DNA from: Glaucostegus cemiculus
Lineage: Eukaryota
Assembly: GCA_976551045.1 (NCBI GenBank)
Contig: CDPCPM010000060.1
Location: 10,664,001-10,728,000 of the forward strand
Direction: 5' to 3'
Length of the DNA: 64,000 nt
The notes under the pieces were generated by a model. It searched no databases. It saw nothing but the letters and a program-made list of their open reading frames with translations, and was not told the origin of the DNA. Position numbers and translations under genes: made by a program. The stretch's first letter is position 1. Each line of letters opens with the position of its first letter. Positions 36,800 to 50,864 of this stretch are shown here, one piece after another.

Positions 36800-37870
36800 G
36801 CATGAGGGCATGTTTCCCCATCTCTAATTGTCTGTGAGAAGATTGTGGAGCTACTGCCTTGAATTGCCATAGTGAAGGTCCACCATTGGTGCTGATATGA
36901 AGTAACAGGATTTTAACACAGTTTTGATTAAGAAACAGCCTGCTGCCCTTGCCTTTATACGTGGTAGAACTTCAGAGTTTAGAAGATGCCACTGAAGAAA
37001 TCTTAGTGATATATACTGTTGTTATCACAATGGTGATGAGAATAGTGACTGTTTAAGGTGCTTTGTGCATACTAATCAAGGAGACTTTTTTGTTCTGGAT
37101 GGCTTCAAGCTTTATTTTGCAGCACTCATCTAGGCATGTCTGGAGTTTACTGTCACATTCCTGACATACCTTGCAATGTGGAAAGGCTTTGACAAATCTG
37201 GATGTGAATCACAGATTAGAATATTTGTTTCTGCCCTGATCCTGTAGCCATGGTATCTTAATACATCAATTTTCTTGTCTGTCGTGGCTCCCATGACATT
37301 GATGATGGTGGATTCAATGACAGAAGTGCTGTTGAGTGTCACAGGGAAATAGTTAGATATCCTTATGCTGGAAGTGATCATTGCCCTGTGTGCCCTGGAT
37401 TTAGTTTGCAACTCAGTAGTGTTGCATGTGACACAAACTATTTCTTCGTCAATGCTCTTGGAAATGGAACTGTGAATATTCCTATTTCTGATACAATGGA
37501 AGGAGAGTCACTGATGAAGCAGTTGGAAATTGTTGGATGTTAGATATTGCCATGAGCACTAATGTCCAGGGGCTGGGATGATTGGTCTCTGTCAACTATA
37601 ACAACCTTCCTGTGAGCTAAATGAAGCTCCATCTAGCAGAGAGATTTCTCCCAATCCCCAATGATTTCAATATTATTTGCTTTCATTAGTAATTGGAAGG
37701 GTATTTTGTCTGTTCCAAAGTTATATTGCGGTTTGGAGCTAAGTGATCCTGATAGAATGCAACCTAAGTAATGATTTATTGATCACATGGTGATACTTTT
37801 GCTGAAATCTTCTATTAAATTGCCTTTGATTGAGAGTAGACTGATTGGGTTGAAATTAAACAGATTAGAA
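36800..37870 (-). mobile_element. Old degenerate LINE (CR1/L2 group)
   Basis: Same family as 11035-11310 and 32240-33560; appears to continue at about 39290-39520 beyond the CR1 insertion. Confidence 0.55.
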
Positions 37871-37909
37871 CTTTCCCAAATACGCCATAATCATACAAAT
37901 TTTAACTTT

Positions 37910-39285
37910 GACCATAAGATATAGGAGCAGAATTAGGCCATTTGGCCTTTGAGTCTACTCTGCCATTTGATCCTGGCTGATTTATTTTTCTCTCTCAACC
38001 CCATTCTCCTGCCTTCTCTTTGATGCTCTTACTAATCAAGAACCTACCATCCTCCGCTTTAAATATACCTGGTAACTTGGCCTCCGTAGCTGTCTGTGGC
38101 AATGAATTCCATAGATTCACCACCTTCTGGATAAAGAAATACCTCCTCATCTCTGTTCTAAAGGGATGTCCTTCTATTTTGAGGCTGTGCCCTCTGGTCC
38201 TAGACTCTGCCGGTATTGGAAACATCCTCTCCACGTCCACTCTATCCAGGCCTTTGACTATTCAGTAGGTTTCAATGAGATTCCTCCTGATCCTTCTAAA
38301 CTCGAGTGAGTACAAGCCCAGAGCCATCAAACACTCCTCATCCGTTAACCCTTTCATTCCTAGGATCTTTCATGTAAACCTCCTCTGGACCCCCTACAAC
38401 GCCAGCACATCCCTCCTTAGATACGGGGTCCAAAACTGCTCTCAATACTCCAAATGTGGTTCGACCTATGCCTTATAAAGCATTATATTCTTGCTTTTAT
38501 TATTCTTGTCCTCTTGAAGTTAATATTAACATTGCATTTGCCTTCCTTACTACCTACTCAACCTGCACGTTAGCCTTTAGGGAATCCTGCACTAGGACTC
38601 CCAAGTCCCTTTGCACCTCCAATTTCTGAATTCTCTCCCTGTTTAGAAAACAGTCTATGCCTTTATTCCTTCTACCAAAGTGCATGACAGTACACTTCCC
38701 TACGCTGTATTCCATCTGTCACTTTACCCGTTCTCCCAACCTGTCCAAGTTCTTCTGCAGATTCCCTGCTTCCTCAACACTACCTGCCCCTCTACCTATC
38801 TTTGTATCATCCACAAACTTGGTCACAAAGCCCTCAATTCATCATTCAGATCATTAACATATAACGTGGAAAGTAGCAGACCCACCACTGACCCCTGAAG
38901 AACAATAGTAATCACCGGCAGCCAACCAGAAAAGACTCCCTTTATTCCCACTCTTTGTCTTCTGCCAGTACCTTGCTAGTACCTTTCCTTTAATACCATT
39001 GTCTCCCATCTTGTTTAGCAGCATCATGTGCTGCACCTTGTCAAAGGCCTTCTGAAAATTCAAGTAAACAACATCCACTGACTCTCCTTTGTCTATCTTG
39101 CCTGTTACTTCTTCAAAGAAGTCCAACAGATTCGTCAGACAAGATCTCCCCTTAAGGAAACCATACTGACTCAGCCTATTTTATCATCTGCTTCCAAGTA
39201 CCCCTTAATAATGGATTCTAACATCTTACCAATCAATGAAGTCAGGCTAACTGGCCTATAATTTCCTGTCTTTTGCCTCCTTTGT
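37910..39285 (-). mobile_element. CR1 LINE 3' fragment
   Basis: DVVYLNFQKAFDKV, RTRGHSLKIEG...FFIQKVVNLWNSLP; paralog of 56020-57430. Confidence 0.93.
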
Positions 39286-41169
39286 TGAGTTCATGCCAAT
39301 GCAGATGCTGGACTGGAATAGTCTGATTAGAAATGTGCCTGTTTTTAGGGCATAAATCTTAAAATACTATTGAATGTTACAGCTCACAGGATTTATTGTA
39401 TTTGGGCATTTTTTGATATTAAGTGGCATGAATCAAACTTCTGTGATGATAGCAAATTCAAGCAGAGGCTGAGATACAATATCCATCTGATATTTCTGGC
39501 TGGAGATGGTTCCAAAAGCTTCAATCTTTTGTACTTGTGCCAGCTGTTATTGAGAATAGAGAGGTTTGCAAAATTCCTCCTCTTCAAATTTGATTAGGTG
39601 TTTAATTATCTACCAATGAAAAGATTCCTTTATTTTGCCATTGTACAATGTCTACAATAAAGTGAGTTGACTAATGGAACTTTACAGTATATTAGTAAGA
39701 CTTGTCTTACACTATTTTGTATGTTGCTGAATATTCAGAAAATTATGGAATTGTACAGCACAGAAACAGGCCCTAAAGGTCATCATGTCCATGCTCACCA
39801 TTGTATTTATCTATACTGGTCCCATATACTGGTGTTTGATCTTTAGCGTTCTATGCTTTGGCAATTCAAGCGCAGCTTCCTTCAAACTAGATAGAAACAG
39901 CAGGTGGATAATGTGCCACATAGAACTTGAGCTTTGTTGATCAGTATTGCTTTTGTTGCAAATTATTATTTATTCTTAATCTTAGGCAAGTTTCAATTGG
40001 GTTTACTTCTAATTTGCTCATTCACTTTTCCTTTTTTTGTTCTTAAGATTAATTATTTGTTCTGTTCACTTTTATTCACTATCAGCTTGGTAAATAATTT
40101 TTTTTCTTGTTTGTCTGTATTTCAAACTCAAAACAACATTTAAGAATGGCAACTTAATTGGATGAACAAAGTGGATAATTCTTATTCTGGAGTTTTAGAT
40201 AAGTCAAAATATATTTGCATCTTTGTTTGTGCTTGATAGCATACTGAGGGAAGGCAACTTTGTGCTAATGCACATGAAGGTTTGCTTGTGCTAAAGAAAT
40301 TTCTAGTAGCTCATAATATTTTCTTTAATTGGAGGACATCAAAAATAGTAAAGCATCATGTTCATTCTTTATGCATTATTTTTATTTGAAATGTATTTTC
40401 ACAACTTTTTTGTAAATCATATCCTCAGGTTTTCAATGGTTTATTTGTTGACCATTATATATATTAAAAAAATCACTGTAGATCATTTCCATGTGTGGTT
40501 GCATTTGCCAACAAGTGGGATTTGGACCACCTTGATTCAATTAAAGAAAATGAGAAGGAGGTATTTATAGAAATGCTATTCATTCCAAGAGTAGTTGCCA
40601 GCTCATTCTTCTAGAAGTTAGAATCTAGTCTTCATTTCAAATATTTGTTGGATTAATTTGTAGAAGCATTTGCCTGTGATTTCCAGCACTGTTGTCCTTG
40701 ACTCTGTTAGATCTGTTGAAGGCTGACTCAGATCTCATAGGTCAAATAGTAATTAAAGGATTAAAATTTTGGAGATGAAATTTGGCAAAGGGTGTTGAGA
40801 AATGTAGAAATTTTAAATGTGATTCATTGACGTTTGTTTAGGTTTTGGCTTCTGAAAATAGCCTTTTGTTAATGTTCCAATGAAGTTATTTGAACATACC
40901 TCTGTGGGGCTGTATTTCCTGTGTTGAAAGTGCAGTGCTTTTGGAACTCGCATCAGAGAAGTGATGTCACCATGTGAACCTCAGTTCACAAGTTATCTTT
41001 AACTGTTAAGGCATGGTTATCATGTGTTGCACTGCAATCTTGATTGGAACTTGTTTATCTTCTGTCATTTATTTTTCTCACTTTTACATGCCTAACTCGA
41101 GAAATTCAGTGATTAAATGGTATCATTTGTGCAAAGCTGAGAGTTTTGGCGAGCTGAAGACATGGCAGC

Positions 41170-41440
41170 CAGTGATAAAACTGTACATTCATATAGCACA
41201 GAAACAGGTTTCTTGAGTCCATGCCGACCATCAAGCACCTATTTACTCTAATATCACACTAATATCTTTTTATTCTTCCGACTTTCTGATCACCCCACCC
41301 CTTGTATGCCTTTGGCTTATGGAAGGAAAACAGAGCACCTGGAGAATTACATGTAACCTCCACACAGACAACACCAGAAGTCGGGGTTGAACCTGGATAG
41401 CTAAATGTGAGGCAGCAGCTCTGTTGGCTGAACCGTGATA
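41170..41440 (-). mobile_element. Degenerate SINE (HE1/V-SINE-like)
   Basis: GGAAAACAGAGCACCTGGAG...GGGGTTGAACCTGG...GAGGCAGCAGCTCT. Confidence 0.65.
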
Positions 41441-43074
41441 CTGCCCCTTTCATACGGGTTTGGATAGCGTTGTGACTAAGGTAGAGCTGAGACAAACATC
41501 ATTTCAGAGCCAGAAGTAAGTCATCTTGACACTGGTCAGGAAAAGGGATTTGAAGCTCATCTGTGCTCTGGATTGAAAAAGAAATCTCAGTTTCCAGCCT
41601 CAGAGCTAGCATCCAGTGATGGAGAATTGACCACATGCCATTTTATGGGATTTGCCAGCAGCTGACATTAACAGTTATGGCCTACCCCATAGGGAATTGT
41701 CTGATCCAGAACCTAATACCATTCAGACAAGCTGACAACATGGAAAGGGGTATGGAGTTGAGATGTAGTTGTGTGTTGTTTGCATTTGTGCTGAAGCTGA
41801 TCCTCTGTCTACAGGTATCATCACATAGAGGTGCACACCAGCCCAGTTATTTGATTTTAAAATGAGGTTACACAAACTGATTAACAAATTTAAGATGGTT
41901 AATAGCTTTTGTCCAATTAATTCTCAAAGGTGGTAATTAATCCTCAGACAGTGGAAAATGTGAAACAGGGAACTGGTACTTTGTTCATTAAGTCCACAAC
42001 TTGCAGACAGATCCTACCATAAATTCTACCCTATTCCAGCAGGAAATCAGTCCTTGATTCCCAGTATTCAAGAAATGATGCAATAATTAAAATTGTTAAT
42101 GTTTAAGAAGAGAGGATTCAAGGAGTGCAGATATTTAGGAGACTTGTAAGGTTGGAAGGATTGCAAAGTTAGGGAGGGTCAAGACCATGGAATGATTAGA
42201 AAACAAATAATATTCTTATAATCATGGCATTGGTTAACAAGGAGCTAAGATTTAAAATGTAATATTTTAAATCTTTATTTTATTTTACCACAGTTCACTT
42301 TCATGAGCAGCTGCTACAACAGCATGTATTTTGATTACAAAGCATAATTTTATTCTGACTGCAAGCAGAATACCAGATAGAAAAGAATTTGCAGTTAAAA
42401 GCATTGTGGCTAAGACTTTTGTACCCCTGATAGTTTGTGCTGTTAAATTTTGCAGTTTTTCTTTAAATTGCATTCAGAGTTGTAAGGTAATTACAGATGG
42501 TTCAAGTTTGTATTTGAAACAAAGAAGCCTAAAGCCAAAGAAAAGACCACATGAGTTTCAGTTAAGTGCACCGCAAAGATGTATATGTGATTATGGGCTT
42601 TCCCACTCCAAGCAGCTCAGAAGTGGGTTTCAGTGACAGTTGCCACAGGTGGGCGAAGGTATAGCACATGTGGTAAGAAGTACCTCAAAATGAGGGTGCT
42701 CCAAAGTGATTGGATCTTTTCTAGGCCATTCAAAAAAAAACTGCGTCCAGCAATGTCAGGTGCTCACTGTTTTGCATGTTAAAGCTTAGCATTACCTTTT
42801 CCAGCATTGTTAGCTTTTTGCAAAAGTATTTCTTGAGTCGAACAAAATCATCTAAAATATTAACATAGATCCTTTGCAAATTCACATCCTCAAGCCTTTA
42901 GTAGGTGCAAAGTAGCATCCATCAATTTGTGAGATTTGGTTTTTAATAGGGTTGGAATGGTTGCAGTTCCTGGGATATCATGCAAATGTTCCCAAAATTC
43001 CCACAGTGAAATCTGGACATGGGCAGTCTGTTAGAATCTTATTAGTAAATTCAGCAATGGAATCATGAAGTGTA

Positions 43075-44465
43075 GATGGGTATGGGGCCACAGGAATGAG
43101 GGAAAACAAAAGGAGGGGGAGGGGGGAAGAGAGGGGAGGGGTTACTAGAAGTTAGAGAAATTGATGTTGATGCTGTCAGGTTGGAGACTACCAAAGTGGA
43201 TTATGAGGGGTTACGCCCCCAACCTGCATCTGGCCTCAATGTGGCAGCAGAGGAGGCCATGGATGGACATATAAGTGTGGGAATGGGAAGTGGAACTGAA
43301 GTGGCTGGCCACCAGGAGATCCTGGCTGTTGTGGCAGATGGAACAAAGGTGCGCGACAAAGCAGTCACTCAATCTGCATTGGGTCTCCCGATGTAGAGGA
43401 GGCTGCACCGGATGCAATAAATGACACCCTTGGGTTCACAGGTGAAGCACTGCCTCATCTGGAAGGATTGTCTGGGCCCCTGAATAGTGGTGAGGGAGGA
43501 GGTGTAGGGACAGGTGTAACACTTTGCATGGTTGCAGGGATAAGTGCCTGGAAGGTCATTGGTGGGGAGGGACGAGTGGACAAGGGAGTTGCAGAGAGAG
43601 CAATCCTTGAGGAAAGTGGGGCGAGGGGATGGGGAGGGGGGAGGATGCACCTGGTGGTGGGATCCCATTGGAGGTGGTGGAAGTTGTGGAGAATAATGTT
43701 CTGGAATGCTAGGTTCGTGTGGTGATAGGTGAGGACAAGGGGAACCCTGTCCCTGTTATGGCAGGAGTGGGGGGATGGGGTGAGGGCAGACATATGGGAA
43801 GTGGAAGTGATGTAGGTGAGGGCTGCATTGATGGTGTGGAAGAGAAACCCTGTTTACTGCAAAAAAAAGAGGACCTCTCCAATGTCCTGGAATGGAAAGC
43901 CTCATCATGGGAACAGACATAGCGGAGGAACTCGGAGAAGGGGATGGCATCCTTACAAGTGACAGGGTGGGAAGAGGTGTAGTCAAGGTAACTATGGGAG
44001 TCAATGGGTTTGTAAAAGATGTCGGTGGATAATCTGTCTCCGGAGGTGGAGACAGAGAGATTAAGAAAGGGGAGAGGGGTGTCAGATGGACCAAGTAAAT
44101 TTGAGGGCAGGTGGAAGTTAGAGGCAAAGTTGATGAAATTGATGAGCTCAGCATGGGTGCAGAAAGCAGCACCAGTGCAGTCGTCAATGTAGCAGATAAT
44201 GAGTTAGGGAGCGTTGCTAGTGTAGGCTTGGAACATAGCCACTGAAAAAGCAGGCATAGCTGGGGCCCATGCGAATGCCCATGGCTACACCTTTGGTTGG
44301 AGAAAGTGGGAGGAGCTGAAAGAGAAGTTGTTGAGGGTGAATAGCAGTTCTGCCAGATGGAGGAGGGTGGCAGTGGAGGGGAACTGGTTGGCTCTGTTGT
44401 TGAGAAAGAAGCGGAGAAGGCCTTCCTGATGGGGGATGGAAGTGTAAATGAAGAAGGGTTCATGA
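43075..44465 (-). mobile_element. Penelope-like retroelement (RT plus GIY-YIG endonuclease), disrupted
   Basis: LAELLFTLNNFSF, GVAMG.RMGPSYA-like and YIDDC RT motifs, RVPLVLTYH, CNHAKCYTC, FTCEPKGVIYCIRCSLLYIG, ETQCRLSDCFVAHL. Confidence 0.9.
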
Positions 44466-45190
44466 TTACAATTAAGTCCCAAACAATGTTCAGTTAATCT
44501 AAGGAGTGACTAATTTTGTTGATTGAGATTAGTTACAGTATTTAAAAGCCTCCTTGAATTGTGTAATCTTACTTTCCCCTGAAGAAGTTATTTTCTAAAG
44601 GACAACTTTGCTAGGTAATATATGGAAATTTGAGGTAGGATAGCATTTATTATAACCTGTTTTTTTTTCACTGAATTTGCATAATCACTCAAGACAGACA
44701 ATAAAATACTGAGAAAATATATGATGAATTTATATTACATTGCTTTGTTTCTGACTTGATATTGAAAATGGAGAGTACTATCTTTAGAATAAGGCCCTCT
44801 TGCATGTTAAGGACACCATGTGTAGAAAAGACTGAAAACAGGCCCTTGAGCAGTTATGATAACAGATAGGAAGAGGGGTCCAATGTTGATCTCTCAAGCA
44901 AGCAGTAGAGGAACTACTGAAATAGTACTGAAAAAGTAGGAGATCAGAGAAGCAATGAGTTTTGATGAATAAGCTATTTTATGTACAGGCTGCTCTGCAA
45001 TTGTGCGACTGTATTGTACTTAAATATTCACATGACATTTTACCAGACTCCAGCATAAAGTATTTAAACAGTTAAAGAGACTCAGAGAAGATGATGAGAG
45101 AGAAAAGAGAAGGAAAACAGAGTCAGCCATTTTCGAGAGATAATCACACAGAGGTTCTAACTCCTTTGCCAGTGCTGGGATGACGTGTAG

Positions 45191-45640
45191 TTAATCTGTT
45201 AAAACTCATGCTCTGTAAATTTTTGCTTAAAAAGATACCGTTAGAATATCGCAGTATGACATTTAAGAATTCCTATCCTTTGCAGCAGGTATGCAGGTAT
45301 GGTTTATTATTATTATATCATGTTTTAGCACACCTAGCAGCTTTTGTGAAATTCTTCCCAACAATTTCCACAGTCTTCTAAACAATATTTGAATATATGA
45401 CTAATTTTCCATATTTTTACAACCTTTTGTCACCTGATTGTGATTCCACATTTCATAAACATTACTGCAAAATGATTAGATTATTCTTTGGGCTTCAACT
45501 TGGGTTCAGATTACTCAAAACAAGATGCCCTTGGGATCACTACAATGTGCACAGTGACACTTTCATCCTATTTGATTAATTCTGTTAAAACTCGTGCTCT
45601 GTAAATTTTTGCTCAATAAGATACAGTTATAATATTGCAG
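45191..45640. repeat. About 64-bp direct repeat pair (45191-45254 and 45576-45640)
   Basis: TTAAT(T)CTGTTAAAACTCRTGCTCTGTAAATTTTTGCT...AAGATAC.GTTA.AATAT.GCAG occurs twice. Confidence 0.9.
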
Positions 45641-46491
45641 ATGCCATTGTTAACTGCTTGTTGAATATCAATATTAGCAAAATCCTGAATTAAACAAATC
45701 TTGTACTGTGACTAACTACATTCCAAAGCAGTTGTAAAGACAGACAAATGACTTGTTTGAAATCTTCCCCCTTTTCCTTTGATCAAGCATAAATGTCTCC
45801 TGCAGCCCATTATTTGATTGCATCACATGTCCAAAATACATCAATTTCTTTTTGAAGATCATGGCCCTAAAGGAACAAATAAGAATAACAAGAAATTTAG
45901 TGAACATCACTTAGGGAATGACCAGCCTTAGTAAATGGAGGTTGAGTAAGTAATGATGATCATAATGAGTACATTTCAAGAATGTCACTGGTCAATTATA
46001 TTCAGCACTTGGGTGTCAGGCAATTGCATTATGGGCATCTGCAGTTTTGTTTCCTTTGTACCTTTAGCAGTTGTACTTAATTTCACTATGCACATTTTTA
46101 TCTGTGATTTGAATTGCTGATGTTTTTAAGAGGCCAGTTTTTACACAGTATAATTAAGATTTGCAAATACAGATGCAAATTTACTTTGAAAGTATCCTGA
46201 AGGGGTTATGATTAAAAGTTGCAGCATGGTTTTCCATTGTTCATATGAGTTTTAGTTTTACAAATCCATATTAAACGTGACATTGATTTTGACATGACTA
46301 TCACATTTTCAAGACATTGTACTGTCAGTATTGTTTATTATCATTAAAGAAAAACAATAATGAAGTTGTATTTTTTCTCTTGTACCTTTCTTATGCTCAC
46401 CTGCACCAAAACCTTCCATTCTTCCCTCAGTACAGGCTGTTTACTACCATAAAATCTTTGTTACCGTTTGGTAGGGAATAGCTAGCTTAAT

Positions 46492-46800
46492 TATTTTGAT
46501 GATGATGATATATCTTTATTGGTCACATGTACATTGAAACACAGAGTGAAATGCACCTTTTGCGAAGAGTGTTCTGGGGAGCAGCCGGCAAGTATCGCCA
46601 CGCTTCTGGCATCAACATAGCATGCCCACAATTTCCTAACCCGTACATCTTTGGAATATGGGAGGAAACTGGAGCACCTGGAAGAAACCCATGCAGACAC
46701 TGGGAGAACGTTCAAACTCCTTACAGACAGCGGCAGGAATTGAACCCGGGTCGCTGGTGCTGTGATAATGTTACGCTAACCGTTATACTACCGAGCCTAC
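46492..46800 (-). mobile_element. tRNA-derived SINE (V-SINE type)
   Basis: Reverse complement of the 24327-24615 family; (ATC)n tail. Confidence 0.92.
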
Positions 46801-47789
46801 CCTTTTGTCTCTGCTCAATGGTTATTGACAAAACTCACAAATTGATACCCTCCATCTAGTGGCATGGAAGAGAACTGAAAAAACTTGTGTATTTCTCAAT
46901 GTTGCATTCAGATTCTTAGATATTCATTAATATCTTATTGGTTTCTGATTCTGTGCATTAATTGGAAATGCATTACTTCATAAAAATGTTCATTATAAAC
47001 ATTAGTCAAAGATGATGTTTTCAACTTTTATAATCCAATGTTGCTTGTTATCGTTCTTGGCCATGACACTTGATCGTTGTGATTTACTTCCTCCACTGCT
47101 GTCCATGTGCATTGTTCCCTCTAGGTTCCATTCACAGCCATTATGATGCAAACATTCCATCATATCCAATGGCTTTTCTTCTGCTTGCGGTGTATTTTTC
47201 ATTGGTTATTTCACCGATTATCTGCTTTCCTTTTATAATATTATGAATCTGTTTTTATGTGTGTGTCGATGACCATTAACCCTGAGTGCTAAGGATACTA
47301 CAGTACTTTGCTCCAACCTAACTGACTTGGTGATGTACTAAAAATTAATCTTAATACAATTCGTCTTTTATTGGTTTCTTTCTAAACTTCAAACTACTGC
47401 CTGAACAGATCTAAATTTCCTTGCCAGCAATCAGTCTTCTATTAGGATTAAGTTCTTCCACATTATTACTCTATTTTTTGCTTTCCTGCTTCTTGTTCAA
47501 GTCAAGCCCAGGACTACATAACCACAAAATGTCTCATCCCAAACAGCCTACTGATTTGTGTCTTTTGTTGTAACTCTCCAAAAGTTAAAGGACTTTGAAA
47601 ATGCTTACATTCTTTTTATGGTGTTATTTTTGCTGCCTTCAATCCGACTGCCTTCCACAGTTCTGTAAAAAAAAAAACCTTGCATTGACAATCTTCACAC
47701 ACCTTATCTGAGTAATTGCCTCAATTCTTGTGTGCCAACCACACATATATTTAATATTATGTTATTCCTTGTTTCTATGGCGCTGATAC

Positions 47790-48680
47790 TCCAGAACCAA
47801 GGTCACTGAAATCCCCTTATTCAAACTGCAGTGTGCAAGTAACGTTGGCATTTGTGTGTGTGCTTATGGGCTGACCTTCAAGCTGTGATTGACTCACTCA
47901 CTATGGTATCTCAGAGAATGTGTCTTACGCTCAACATCTGCAAGACAGAAGTCTTCTACCAATTTGTTCCACTATACAACGCTGCCCTCCAACAATTAAG
48001 GTTCACTGGGAGATGTTAAAAATGTGGATAACCTCCCATATTTCTGGAAGCAACTTTTGGCAAAGCCAGATGTTGCTGATGAAATTTACCACCAACTTTA
48101 ATGTTCTAGCACAGATTTTGATTGATTGAGAAAAACAGTGATGAAGATCAAGACCTTGAACCTAGAATATAGCTCATGGTAAGTCAGCAGCAGTGATCAT
48201 TGCAATGTGCTTTTGAGAGATGGACTACCTACAGTAGGCACCACAATGCACTGGAAAGATACCACCAACACAAATTATCTTTGTAGTGACTTTTGAAGAT
48301 TTTGCAGAGACAACATTCGTGTCCTCTTCCAATCCAATTCCCCCAGCACAGAGACTCTAATTATGCTAAATTGGCTCCATTGGGCAGGCCAGATTCCCAA
48401 AATGGATGCTATTCTGCGCTCTGTCACAGGAATAGATTACTAGGCAGACAGATGAAAAGATTCAAGGATGTGCTGAAAAAAATACAACATCCCCAGTGAC
48501 TGTGATAATCTCTGGCACATGGCATTCAGTATGATGTTAAGAATCTTGAGTACATGCACTGGAAGAAAATACAAGCTCTGAGCAAATGAGAGAAGGAGCC
48601 CACCTCCTTGCCAGTCTTTTATCTGTGGAAGACTCCACATTTCTCACATTAGCCTCAGAACCTACAAAATTGGAATGGAC
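47790..48680 (+). mobile_element. RTE-clade LINE 3' fragment, degenerate
   Basis: PPTIKVH.E.L.NVD..PY.GS, WTTY.RH..ALERYHQ and GRQMKRFKDVLK-like remnants. Confidence 0.75.
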
Positions 48681-49719
48681 TGGCAAAATACTTTGAGATT
48701 GTGCTTTTAATCTCATTGACCTAACTCTGTTGAGTTTTTTTTACACGTTGTCCATGTCTTCTCAATACAAGTGCTTTGTTATTTCTTCAACATGCAAGGA
48801 ATGTAACATAAATGCAAGTTGTAATCTTTTTGACTGGAATGCATAACTGTAATATAGTTCATTGCCACATTCAATAGGTTCAAAAATCAGCACCTGTCTT
48901 TCAGATTTATTTTTGAATTACATCCACTTACTGTTTTATTGTAGAAATATTGTAGCCGGGCATCTGGACAAAAGGATTTAGTTTGTGAAAACACAGGACA
49001 TAAAATGACTTGGCACATCCAATCTTTTTTCTCATTATTGGATGAAACAGCCAATTGAATGGAAATCAGTGTTTCATGTGTTTCATAGATCCAACATTCA
49101 TGAATATAGGTAGGACAAAACTAGGAGAATTTATATTAGATAGACAAAATATTTCATAATTTAGCCTTTGCTACACCACTTGGTTTAGCGAGTGTTGGCT
49201 GCCAAGGAGCAAGATATCAGGGCATTCTTTGGAAATTAATTCAAAGCAGAAATGAACCGCTAATATTTCTTGCAGGCTCTTGCATTTAAGCAAAATGTTG
49301 AGGTGAAACACCTCTTACATAATCAGCCAAAACAGCTTCTATTGTGTGTTTCTAAACATAATCAAGGAGGGCTTAGATGCAGTTCTTTGATGTAAAAAAT
49401 GGAGGCTAGGAAGCAGTGTAGTTGTTGGTAATTAAATGTTAGATTGATAATTTCCCATTGTTGGACTATTTCCTGTGATGAACATCAATATTCAAATGAA
49501 GTTGTAGCTTTGTGAAATCATGCTGAGCATATCCTTCCCATCACTAAGTTCATATGTGCCAATATAAAAGCTGTGTATTCAAGTACTAAGACTATTATGT
49601 TGCACAATATCTAAGAAGTTGCCAAGAACAAAAGCAACATACAGCACTTTAACAGAGATGTTATAAAATAAAATTTTACTGAGTCATAAAAGGAAATGTG
49701 AGGAGCAAAAACTTATTCA

Positions 49720-50680
49720 AAACAGCAGATTTAAAGAGTGCATTAAAGGTAGAAAGCAACACAAAGGGATTGAGGAAGAGAATTCCAGAACTTAGAGCCT
49801 TATCAGCTGAAGAAATGGCCACCAATGGTACAGTTAAATTTTGAGATCAAAAATAGATCAGTTTGAGGAGTGCAAACATATTAAAGGGCAGGAAAGGCTG
49901 AAGGAAATTAGAGGTGGGAAGGATTGAGGCCATAATCATATTTGAAAATAACAGAGAATTATTAAATCAAGGCACTGCTTTACCCAGAGCCAATGTACAT
50001 TAGCAATCATAGGTGTGATGGGTGGACAGAAAATGATGTGAGTTCATCCAAGGTCACCAGAGGTTTGGCTTTATTTGTGGATACAGAAGGTGGAATAAAG
50101 GAGCTCAGTCTGGTGGTAACGGTGTCACGGCACAGGCTTTCAGCTGAAGATAAGCTGAGGTTAGGGTAAAGTCTGATGATGTTCCAATAAGCAATAAGCT
50201 GTCTGAGGAATGCTGTATATGGTCTTAGGGACCACATAGCTGCTCCTAGGGCCTCATACATCACTAAGGTTGTGAACAGTTTGCCTCAGGTGCAGACAGT
50301 TGCCAGTCAAGAGAGAATAGAATTGGTGACTGGAATAGAATTTATACTTGGGACTGAAAATAACGGCATTGGTCTTCCAATATTTAGTTGAAGAAAGTTT
50401 TGTTTGCTTCTGGATATTGGCAAAGTAAAATTACAATTTAGAGAATGTGGAGACATTAGGAGAAAAGTATACCATAATTTGAAACATGGTGCCAAGGAGC
50501 AGCATCCAAATAAGAATTTAGACCTAGGAAGGATCGAAGTGTGGGGGTGGAGGAGGCTGGCAGAAGGATATCTCAGGCTATGACTGGATAGATAAAAGTG
50601 GAGTCAGGTATTGAAGGATACTGGAAGAGATTGGTGTATCACAGGAGGCAGAAAGGCTGAGAGGGATGAGGAGGTGTGAA
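49720..50680 (-). mobile_element. Old L2-like LINE fragment
   Basis: GAATTCCAGAACTTAGAGCCT..CAGCTGAAG and TCAGCTGAAGATAAG decayed motifs. Confidence 0.45.
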
Positions 50681-50864
50681 TCAATGGATTTCTATCAATG
50701 GATTAAGATGACAATTAAATAATTATTTTAAAAATTTCATTAATGCAACATTCACCCTAATTATGGATTAGATTGCATAAAATTGCATTATTCAACACAC
50801 TGTTTTGATTTCTTTTCACACTGATAAAGAAGTAGAGCTCTCTAACTTTCTAAAATCAAATCTG

